Made by a program: the position numbers and the translations under genes. Shown here in pieces: positions 13,265 through 20,324 of a DNA stretch of 34,233 bases. The stretch spans positions 1 to 34,233 of IMG/VR virus record IMGVR_UViG_3300025151_000010; one strand, 5' to 3'. A model generated the notes under the pieces. That model did no database searches. It saw only the letters and a list, made by a program, of their open reading frames with translations, and was not told where the DNA came from. The stretch comes from a virus. The first letter of the stretch is position 1, and each line of letters opens with the position of its first letter.

Positions 13265-13940
13265 CTTCAATCGCCTTTTCAATAATTGAAGCCACCTTTA
13301 TAGCATTTTGTAAATCCTCGTTACTTGGCTCGGTGTAAGAATACCCCAGGGCTTTAAGTGGGTCGTTGGATTTTTTATTGCTTAAATGGTGCTTGTATTG
13401 GCGTTCGCAATACTGGGAAAGTTTCCATTCCAGTTCAGCGTATTTATCGTCAAGGTATTCCTTGTCAATCCACCCCTTCTTCTCCACCCACGAAGCCAGG
13501 GAAGAAAGGCTTTTGATATTGAATTTGAATAGCCACTTGGTATCCTCAAATGATTTTTTATAATCATCAGCAACGGCGTGCAAGGCTTTACGGCTTACCT
13601 TTTCCTCGTCTCTTTCGGGCATTTGGTAGGCTTGTTTTTGCTTTTGGAAATACCTTGATTTGTTTGGTGTTGACTTTAGGAATTCACGTATGAGTTTTAT
13701 AATAAGCACGGCCGTAAGTTGGCGTGTTTTGGGGTCGTAGTTTCCCTGGAGAAACCATTCGACCGAATCCTCCAGGAGTTGTACTTCATAATTCTTCCAG
13801 GTATGGCGTACATATTCAATTGTCGACTTCGGGTCGCCAGGCGGATTCATACCGCCCAGGTCAATGAGCCTTTTAACAATAGCCCCCAGTTCTTCGTTGC
13901 TTTGTTGTCCTATTTTCATTTTGGTTATCGTTAACTCCAT
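13251..13940 (-). CDS. hypothetical protein (229 aa), replication module
   Basis: Long ORF coupled to the replication-initiator-like gene. No motif recognised. Confidence 0.6.
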   Translation of the reverse strand: MELTITKMKIGQQSNEELGAIVKRLIDLGGMNPPGDPKSTIEYVRHTWKNYEVQLLEDSVEWFLQGNYDPKTRQLTAVLIIKLIREFLKSTPNKSRYFQKQKQAYQMPERDEEKVSRKALHAVADDYKKSFEDTKWLFKFNIKSLSSLASWVEKKGWIDKEYLDDKYAELEWKLSQYCERQYKHHLSNKKSNDPLKALGYSYTEPSNEDLQNAIKVASIIEKAIEDGKI

Positions 13941-14596
13941 TGAAGGTCGGTATTATTTGCGTTGTCTTGATACGGCAAATCATTTTCCCACCGTTGCTGA
14001 TTTAAGTAAGTAGCCAAGTGAGGTAGGTAAGCCATCTTGTTGTGGCTTTGATGATGCGCAATAAACAACGGTATATGAGCCAGGGCTTCCCGTTGTTGAT
14101 TCGAAGTAAGTCTTGTCCATGCTTTGTAAGAGGTTTTTTTCACGCCCTTCTTCAAATACAAATTCCAAATCTTTTCAAATTCAACCGAATAAGTATCCTT
14201 TTTATTTTTATCTAAAGAGTTATCCGTATTACTTACCCCATTTTGGACGGGAGGGGTATCCGCCAAACTGGAGGGGAGGTTGCCCCCAAATTGGGGAGGG
14301 GTATTTAAGGGCGTTATTCTTCGTTCTAAGACCGTCAAATTAGAATCCCGTAGTAGTTCTCGGAAAATCAATTTACGGCTTTCTAACACCTTCAAATCAC
14401 GTTCTAATGATTTAGCCGAGGTGTTTACGATTTCAATCAAAGCCTTATTTGAGGCGTAACAATATCCTTTTTTATTAGCCAGGGAATTTATAACCCCCAG
14501 GAGAACGCACTGGCGATGATTAAGAATCTCCAGTAGGTAAGAAGGAAAAACCACGAAATAATTCAAGCGTTCCAAATTTTGTGTTACATTTGACAT
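13931..14596 (-). CDS. putative replication initiation protein with N-terminal winged-HTH (221 aa)
   Basis: The N-terminus (VVFPSYLLEILNHRQCVLLGVINSLANKKGYCYASNKALIEIVNTSAKSLERDLKVLESRKLI) looks like a wHTH. The C-terminal block FEKIWNLYLKKGVKK...YLNQQRWEND is common in phage replication or DnaD-like proteins. Confidence 0.45.
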   Translation of the reverse strand: MSNVTQNLERLNYFVVFPSYLLEILNHRQCVLLGVINSLANKKGYCYASNKALIEIVNTSAKSLERDLKVLESRKLIFRELLRDSNLTVLERRITPLNTPPQFGGNLPSSLADTPPVQNGVSNTDNSLDKNKKDTYSVEFEKIWNLYLKKGVKKTSYKAWTRLTSNQQREALAHIPLFIAHHQSHNKMAYLPHLATYLNQQRWENDLPYQDNANNTDLQWS

Positions 14597-14633
14597 ACAA
14601 TTGTCCTTTTCGATAATTATTTTGGTTAGAAAG

Positions 14634-14658
14634 AAGCCCAGGTTTTGTGCCTGGGCTT
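14634..14658 (-). terminator. hairpin, weak terminator/attenuator after the SSB-like gene
   Basis: Minus strand reads AAGCCCAGG-CACAAAA-CCTGGGCTT followed by CTTTCT, a short U-tract. Confidence 0.45.
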
Positions 14659-14665
14659 TTTCATT

Positions 14666-15118
14666 TTAGAATGGTAAATCGCTTGTCGTTGCTACTGACT
14701 GCGGTGTTGGGTTTGGGGCTTGTGCCTCCGCATTTACCCAGTTAGCAAATTCACTTGCGATTCTCGGAACGTCGCTTAAAAGAATCTTATCTGCAATAGC
14801 CAGGTCGACGGCTCGTTGCAAAACATTCATTCTAACGATACGGGCTTCCGTTTTAGGGTCTTTGCCTTTGTATCCTCCGCCTGGGGTATAACCCTCATTG
14901 ACGTACTTTACATTGTAGTAAGTTTGACCATTGTATTCACGACTTGTTCGCTCATACGAGGCTTCTTGTCCTACGATAAATTTGCATTCCTGGGTTTTAC
15001 CCATTGCCGTACCGAATTCTCCGTTCTCGAATTCTACGTCGAATTTGTACATGAGGCCGTATTTTCCTTCATACGTGCCGTTCGGCGTTACCGCCTTTAC
15101 TTGACTTTTCTGTGCCAT
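14666..15118 (-). CDS. putative single-stranded DNA-binding protein (150 aa)
   Basis: The C-terminus ...TTSDLPF resembles the SSB acidic tail ending in (D)IPF. The N-terminal beta-rich region is compatible with an OB fold. The gene lies in the replication module. Confidence 0.45.
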   Translation of the reverse strand: MAQKSQVKAVTPNGTYEGKYGLMYKFDVEFENGEFGTAMGKTQECKFIVGQEASYERTSREYNGQTYYNVKYVNEGYTPGGGYKGKDPKTEARIVRMNVLQRAVDLAIADKILLSDVPRIASEFANWVNAEAQAPNPTPQSVATTSDLPF

Positions 15119-15309
15119 TTTTCGGGAGTTTTTAGTTTATATCCAGTTTTAGTAAGTATCGCTCTTTTCTTCTTATCCGATAGACCACCCTTGTTGAATT
15201 GAAATCGCCACGTGCTAATTGTATTGTAACTCAATTCAAGGTCGTGAGCCAGTTCGGTGTTGGATTGCTTAAATAAATCCAGCATACATTCATCAATAGT
15301 TCCGTGCAT
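15097..15309 (-). CDS. small HTH DNA-binding protein (70 aa)
   Basis: NTELAHDLELSYNTISTWR is an HTH-like segment. It is the second gene after a host-type promoter. Confidence 0.5.
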   Translation of the reverse strand: MHGTIDECMLDLFKQSNTELAHDLELSYNTISTWRFQFNKGGLSDKKKRAILTKTGYKLKTPEKWHRKVK

Positions 15310-15412
15310 TAGCCAGGTCTTTTAGAAGTTCGTTAATCGTAGCATCTCTTTCTTCGAGTGCTTTCTCCAGGGCTTCGACCCTGGATTTCCAGTACAAAAT
15401 TGTTTCCGTCAT
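15293..15412 (-). CDS. 39-aa helical peptide, missing from the ORF track
   Basis: Read by hand: MTETILYWKSRVEALEKALEERDATINELLKDLANARNY. It starts 13 nt after a TATATTTG box and overlaps the next start. Confidence 0.4.
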   Translation of the reverse strand: MTETILYWKSRVEALEKALEERDATINELLKDLANARNY

Positions 15413-15425
15413 TATTTTGGTTTTT

Positions 15426-15456
15426 CAAATATACAATTATTCTTAGCGTTTTGCAA
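15426..15456 (-). promoter_or_regulatory. Bacteroidota-type promoter for the HTH/SSB/replication operon
   Basis: Minus strand reads TTG-(20 nt)-TATATTTGAAAAACC. The TATATTTGAAAA -7 region is the same as at 12381. Confidence 0.5.
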
Positions 15457-15988
15457 GACAATTTCCTTTTACACGAAGCCCTGGCACGTAGCCGAATTGG
15501 TTCATTCTAAAACCATTTGAAAGGACTACGTGTACAAAGTTGTCGTATTTGTCATTCAATACAACCTCAGCGATTGTAAGTGGCTCGTCCATTGTACGAC
15601 CTTCAAGGCAGTACCATTTCATATCGTCATTGCTTGTACCGTAGTAGCCAATGAAGTCTACTTTATCGCCTACTTCGAATTTAACATAAGCGCGTTGTAG
15701 TCCGCCAAGGTTCTCCCACACAGTAACTTGAGCCTTTTCTTTTGCCTCTTGCATAATCGCAAAACCTTGAGGGTGTAGCATTAGTTTGTTGTAGTCAACA
15801 CCTACAACGAAATCGTAATCGTTGCGGTGCGAGTAGTTGTGGTCAGCCTTGTAAATACACATTCCCGTGTTGCGTAGAACATTTGCTTTACGTCCTTTTA
15901 CGTATCCCCAGGTGTTACCTTCGAGAGTGAAGCGGATTACATTTATTAACGCTTCTTTTTGTGCTTTAGTGAAGTTTGAAATTTTCAT
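15443..15988 (-). CDS. hypothetical protein (181 aa), first gene after early promoter P4
   Basis: The ATG follows the leader AACCAACAAAAGAAAAAGAC. Confidence 0.65.
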   Translation of the reverse strand: MKISNFTKAQKEALINVIRFTLEGNTWGYVKGRKANVLRNTGMCIYKADHNYSHRNDYDFVVGVDYNKLMLHPQGFAIMQEAKEKAQVTVWENLGGLQRAYVKFEVGDKVDFIGYYGTSNDDMKWYCLEGRTMDEPLTIAEVVLNDKYDNFVHVVLSNGFRMNQFGYVPGLRVKGNCLAKR

Positions 15989-16017
15989 GTCTTTTTCTTT
16001 TGTTGGTTATTGACATA

Positions 16018-16053
16018 CCAAATATCACTACATTCATTTTAATTTTACAACAG
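16018..16053 (-). promoter_or_regulatory. conserved early promoter element P4
   Basis: Minus strand reads CTGTTGTAAAATTAAAATGAATGTAGTGATATTTGG. Confidence 0.55.
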
Positions 16054-16261
16054 TACCAGCAAAAAAAAACGAGATTTTTTTAGAATCCCGTTATTTCCGT
16101 GCGTTGCCAGGCGAAAAAAAATTAGGTCGCCGTTCTATTTATACGCCCAATCCCTTGTGCCATCAATGAGCCGTCGCAACATTTACGGCTATATGTGTTG
16201 TTTTTACATAGGCAACCACGCTCGTCATCGTGGCGTGTCGCCAATCCTGGGGTCTTGTTTC

Positions 16262-17134
16262 CTATCTTGTCCATGTCGTTGGTATTATTATTACTTTATC
16301 TCTTTCCTTATAAGCGTTTCTATCTTCGAATACCAGGTCAGCCACTACACACCCCAGGGGTTTAGGTGGTGCGCCTCGTTCAATATGCCAACCTCCGTAG
16401 CCGTCATCGTATTCGTCTTTGTAGCATCCCGTTCTAAAGTGGTGTACTTCCCTATGCGTTGGCTTTAATTTATCATCGGTAAGATGTTTAACCGAATGCA
16501 CCATCGTATACAATTCGTGTACGTGCCCCATACAAATGATGTCAGCCCCTTCAATCGAAGCCATTTGGCGTTGATTTTGTATTGTACCCTTGGTAACTGG
16601 TCCGCCCCCACCCGAGCCGTGGAAGTGGTACATTTGAATACTGGCTTGTCTTTGGCTTGTTTCCCAGGGGATTAGTCTAAAACGAACCCAGCCGCCGTAG
16701 CCTCCAAGTTTAACCTCAGCCTTTTGCGTGTAGTTAAATAAATCAACCCAACGTCTTAAGGGGTCAGTTTCAAGATTCTTTACAATAGCCGTTTCGTGGT
16801 TGCCGTATCCCACGTGTACGATGACATCTTTATAAGGTGCAAACCATTCAACGGCATCTTCAATTACCGCATCAATGTAGTTAACCTTATTGTGTTCGGG
16901 ACGAATATCTTTTTTGCTTCTCCTGGGGTCGTATTTCCCTTGCATTAGGCAAAACATATCCCCGTTAATGAAAACCTTTCTATCTTCTTCCAAACACCTA
17001 TCCAGGTGCTTCTTAAGTAGTTCTCGATTACACTTTGGGTTGTCCCAATGCAAATCGCTCATAAAAGCCACCTTCATTACCTTGCCTGGGTATTCTATGA
17101 GGTGGGAGTTGCGGTGTTTGGTAAGGATTTTCAT
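16262..17134 (-). CDS. calcineurin-like metallophosphoesterase (290 aa), substrate unknown
   Basis: The ordered motifs are SDLHWD (DxH), INGDMF (GD), GYGNHET (GNHE), HFHGSGGGG and CMGHVHE (GHxH). Confidence 0.75.
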   Translation of the reverse strand: MKILTKHRNSHLIEYPGKVMKVAFMSDLHWDNPKCNRELLKKHLDRCLEEDRKVFINGDMFCLMQGKYDPRRSKKDIRPEHNKVNYIDAVIEDAVEWFAPYKDVIVHVGYGNHETAIVKNLETDPLRRWVDLFNYTQKAEVKLGGYGGWVRFRLIPWETSQRQASIQMYHFHGSGGGGPVTKGTIQNQRQMASIEGADIICMGHVHELYTMVHSVKHLTDDKLKPTHREVHHFRTGCYKDEYDDGYGGWHIERGAPPKPLGCVVADLVFEDRNAYKERDKVIIIPTTWTR

Positions 17135-17496
17135 TTTACATTTCCTCTTTTATCAATGGTTCTCACGGCAAAATAACCCCCGATGACTGTTATACTTACC
17201 ATTTCCCAAAGTCCTATCCAGGAGTCCGAAATATCAAGTAATTCAGCACCGCTGAAAAAGGTCATAATGACTAAAGAAGCCATCACTGTTAGTAGTGTTA
17301 GTGGACGGACGTTTTTAGATAGCCAAGAATCTGACGCCATGTCAGCCTTCCACCGTGACGATAAAGCCCGTTCAACTTCTGCCTTAAATTGTTCTTTTTC
17401 TTCGGGTGTTTGGATAAACTTATCCGCCACGTCAGCCACTTCTTTAACGACCGATACAGCATTTCCTCCCAGTATCTTCTTAAGTATTCCACTCAT
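17131..17496 (-). CDS. holin-like membrane protein (121 aa)
   Basis: The soluble N-terminus (ILGGNAVSVVKEVADVADKFIQTPEEKEQF) is followed by hydrophobic segments, resembling the 3-TM GTA-type holin family. It lies next to the endolysin. Confidence 0.55.
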   Translation of the reverse strand: MSGILKKILGGNAVSVVKEVADVADKFIQTPEEKEQFKAEVERALSSRWKADMASDSWLSKNVRPLTLLTVMASLVIMTFFSGAELLDISDSWIGLWEMVSITVIGGYFAVRTIDKRGNVK

Positions 17497-17592
17497 AATT
17501 CATTTAACTACCACACGCTTCGCAATCCTCGGGATTCTCCAGGTTGCAAGATTCGGGTTGTGGTAGGCTTTCCATTTCGTTGATTAAGTCTT

Positions 17593-18009
17593 CTAAATCT
17601 CTTGTATCCATCCGTATTTCTCTTGAACATTAAAACTTGGACAAGCCTTATTGGCCACCTCATTGTGCCCGTGGAATGTAATTCCTGGGAATTGCTCCTG
17701 GAGGGCTTTCAATAGGTTTACCATCGCCGTGTCTTGAGCCGTATTCATGGTGTCTTTCGGCTCATTGTTTGCATCGACACCACCGATGTAACAAATCCCT
17801 ATTGAACCGATATTGTGCCCCCTTGCGTGAGCCCCTACTTTCTTAAGTGGACGGCCATCTTGTACCGTGCCGTCTAAAGTGATTACATAGTGATAACCAC
17901 AATCCGACCAACCCTGGGCTTTATGCCAGGCTCGGATATCGTCAACATCGAACGCCTTTCCCTCGGGAGTAGCGCTACAATGAATGAACACTTTATTTAT
18001 TTTTCGCAT
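17593..18009 (-). CDS. N-acetylmuramoyl-L-alanine amidase endolysin (T7-lysozyme/PGRP type, 138 aa)
   Basis: Contains IHCSAT, GYHYVI, HARGHNIGSIGICYIGG and HNEVANKACPSF, which include the Zn ligands and layout of Amidase_2. Confidence 0.85.
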   Translation of the reverse strand: MRKINKVFIHCSATPEGKAFDVDDIRAWHKAQGWSDCGYHYVITLDGTVQDGRPLKKVGAHARGHNIGSIGICYIGGVDANNEPKDTMNTAQDTAMVNLLKALQEQFPGITFHGHNEVANKACPSFNVQEKYGWIQEI

Positions 18010-18268
18010 TTGCTGGTAGATTTACTTCGCCAGTTTCAATGTTTACCTCGGCATCAGTACCAAAGGCTTCTTCCCATTTTGCCGTCCACGAGTTCAAATC
18101 GTTTTCAGCCTGGGTAAGATTAGAAAAGCAAACCTCCAATGCCTGGGCAAGTTGCTTTTGACTAATACTTAGTCGGGTAAATTCATCTTTCGTAGCGAGG
18201 TAAGTTTTGTAATTCGCATTGAATTGGTCAAGTTCCTTTTGAGGAACACGTAGTGGTTTTTTAGCCAT
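17993..18268 (-). CDS. hypothetical protein (91 aa), lysis block
   Basis: ORF overlapping the amidase start by 17 nt. Confidence 0.55.
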   Translation of the reverse strand: MAKKPLRVPQKELDQFNANYKTYLATKDEFTRLSISQKQLAQALEVCFSNLTQAENDLNSWTAKWEEAFGTDAEVNIETGEVNLPANAKNK

Positions 18269-18279
18269 TGTATTAAGAT

Positions 18280-18570
18280 TTATTTGTTACGAAGTAGACG
18301 GTCGTTTTCCGATTCAAGGTTTTTAACCCTTTCACGAAGCGTACCCAATTCGCCAGTCAATTCAATAACCTTTTGATTGGCGTCCGCTAATTCTTGTTTA
18401 ACCCTATCCAGTTCCTGGAGGATTTGGTCACGGAATAAATTTTGGTCGGATTTATCGTCCGATTTTGATTGGTATTTCAACTCTAATTTTTTACTATAAA
18501 ATTGCCAGGCACCAGCACCACCAAGTACGGCCACCAAGGCTAACACTATTTGTATTACACTATTTTCCAC
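18280..18570 (-). CDS. type-II membrane protein with coiled coil (96 aa), spanin-like/lysis accessory
   Basis: N-terminal TM segment VIQIVLALVAVLGGAGAW followed by a heptad-rich helix (LQELDRVKQELADANQKVIELTGELGTLRERVKNLESEN). Confidence 0.5.
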   Translation of the reverse strand: MENSVIQIVLALVAVLGGAGAWQFYSKKLELKYQSKSDDKSDQNLFRDQILQELDRVKQELADANQKVIELTGELGTLRERVKNLESENDRLLRNK

Positions 18571-18928
18571 GAATCAATTTTTCTTTGAAGGTTCGATATA
18601 AATTAAGAAAAGTCATTACAAGTACCAAAGTCCAGCCCAGGCGTGAGCCATTCATCATTCCTACTTCAAGGTAGTGAACGACAGTATAAAGGGCTAACAA
18701 CGCCGCCCCTTGACAAGCCCACACACGACACTTAAGGTTTTTCGTTCCCACGGCATACAATTGAAAGCCACCAATTAGAATCCCAGCACATTGTACGTGA
18801 TACAAACTGCCTATTTCTAAAATCGCCAGGGGCAAAATAAAGAAGTGTAAAGCCCCTACGAATAGTTCAAAGAGGTAGGAGTCGGAATACAAAAGAATGT
18901 CCCTTAGATTGCGTAATACTGCTTTCAT
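18560..18928 (-). CDS. multi-pass membrane protein (122 aa), possible second holin/antiholin
   Basis: About four hydrophobic segments. Start moved to MKAVLRNL (18928), which forms an ATGA overlap with the 40-aa ORF upstream. Confidence 0.5.
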   Translation of the reverse strand: MKAVLRNLRDILLYSDSYLFELFVGALHFFILPLAILEIGSLYHVQCAGILIGGFQLYAVGTKNLKCRVWACQGAALLALYTVVHYLEVGMMNGSRLGWTLVLVMTFLNLYRTFKEKLIRGK

Positions 18929-19047
18929 TTCAATTGGTTTATGTACTCTTGACATTCCTCTTGCGTTCCGTAGAATTCGGGTATGCCGTCATTCAGCACC
19001 TCGAACACGGTTTCTTCTTCATTATATGCCTCAATCGTATGTGCCAT
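18925..19047 (-). CDS. 40-aa acidic peptide, missing from the ORF track
   Basis: Read by hand: MAHTIEAYNEEETVFEVLNDGIPEFYGTQEECQEYINQLK. It has a TAATG overlap upstream and an ATGA overlap downstream. Confidence 0.45.
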   Translation of the reverse strand: MAHTIEAYNEEETVFEVLNDGIPEFYGTQEECQEYINQLK

Positions 19048-19952
19048 TAGTACGTGTTAACTACACCTCCAGTAATGGAATTCGTGTACTTTGAATTACT
19101 ATCATTTGCGTTGCCACCTTCAAACGTCCACTCGGTAATTAAACCGCTTGAAACTGTTTGGGAAGAATCGGCTATTGAACCGCTATTATAAAGCGTACTT
19201 ACCTCGCTTGAAGAAAGCACCTTGTTAAAGATTTTGAATTCATCGTAATCCAAGGTTGCGTTTCCAGCCGAATTTGTTAGGTGTAAATTTTCTCCTATTC
19301 TACCTCGGATTGCCGTCATCGCCGTTCGTGTACCGCTATTGGCCACCGCCTGGGAAGTCATTTCCCCAGCATTCCAATACATTTTGAAGGCGTTAGCGGC
19401 GTTACTTTGAGAGGCATCGTAAGTACCAGTAATCATACAAAAGCCGTCGCTATTGGTATTCCCCCGACTTGAACTTGTCCAACCCGTACTACTTGACGTA
19501 ACCCCCGTACCGCTATTGTCGTGTAAACCCCATTGACGGTCAAAGTTGACCGAGTTGCTACGATACCTAAAAACAAAGCGATTTAAGTTGGCGCTATACG
19601 ATAGGAAAATACGGTTGTTCCCGTTGGAGTTTGTATTGCCGAAGTTGAAAATCATTTGGTTTTGCTTCGACCCGTTTTGACGTACCCAAAAACAAAAGGA
19701 TAAATCCTGGGTAGTGTTGATTGAAAAGGGCGAAGTAGAAGTAGTGCAGTTTATGTAATCCCCCGTACCATCATTACGATAGTATCTTGTGTTTGAGTAG
19801 GCTGGTGTATTGGAATATCCGTAGAATTCCTTCATACCATGTGGCGCAGTTTTTCCAGCCGCTACCGAAAGTGTAGAAAGGCTATAACTTGATGAGCCTA
19901 ATTCGGTGCGAATGTCGCTGATTGATATTTGACCGCTACTCTGTAATGCCAT
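19047..19952 (-). CDS. receptor-binding/tail fibre protein with LamG (concanavalin-A-like lectin) domain (301 aa)
   Basis: N-terminal fibre adaptor GQISISDIRTELG. The C-terminal LamG-type signature includes LDYDEFKIFNKVLSSSEVSTLY. Confidence 0.65.
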   Translation of the reverse strand: MALQSSGQISISDIRTELGSSSYSLSTLSVAAGKTAPHGMKEFYGYSNTPAYSNTRYYRNDGTGDYINCTTSTSPFSINTTQDLSFCFWVRQNGSKQNQMIFNFGNTNSNGNNRIFLSYSANLNRFVFRYRSNSVNFDRQWGLHDNSGTGVTSSSTGWTSSSRGNTNSDGFCMITGTYDASQSNAANAFKMYWNAGEMTSQAVANSGTRTAMTAIRGRIGENLHLTNSAGNATLDYDEFKIFNKVLSSSEVSTLYNSGSIADSSQTVSSGLITEWTFEGGNANDSNSKYTNSITGGVVNTY

Positions 19953-20314
19953 TACGGATTGAAAATATCGCTGACTGCTATAACGTCTCCTTTAACGTGG
20001 AAATCCCCATCGGCTTCAAGCCTGGCTACCCAAGTTCCCGAGATATAGAAATCAATGTTGTTATTGTCGTCGTGGTCTATTGCAATGTAGTTGCTTGAAT
20101 CTTTGCCTACCAGGGTTTGACCACCTCGAAGGTCGTCGGGTATCCTGGCTATATTAAACGTACCCGAAGTAATTTTACTGGCATCTAAAGAGGGAATACG
20201 AGCGGTACCCAATGTACCACTCGTTATCTTACTCGCAGAAAGGTTAGGAACATCACTTGCCGTGATGCCCATACTTCCCGAAACATCTAAATCGCCGATT
20301 ATTTTAACCGCCAT
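19952..20314 (-). CDS. short tail fibre protein (120 aa)
   Basis: Tandem motif LSASKITSGTLGTARIP / LDASKITSGTFNIARIP, typical of fibre shafts. Confidence 0.6.
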   Translation of the reverse strand: MAVKIIGDLDVSGSMGITASDVPNLSASKITSGTLGTARIPSLDASKITSGTFNIARIPDDLRGGQTLVGKDSSNYIAIDHDDNNNIDFYISGTWVARLEADGDFHVKGDVIAVSDIFNP

Positions 20315-20324
20315 GATTTACAGT

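Noticed and set aside
17504-17575. 23-aa ORF (MESLPQPESCNLENPEDCEACGS) between the amidase and holin-like genes.
   Set aside because: It is too short, it is not coupled to either neighbour by overlap, and there is no leader motif. I leave it unannotated.
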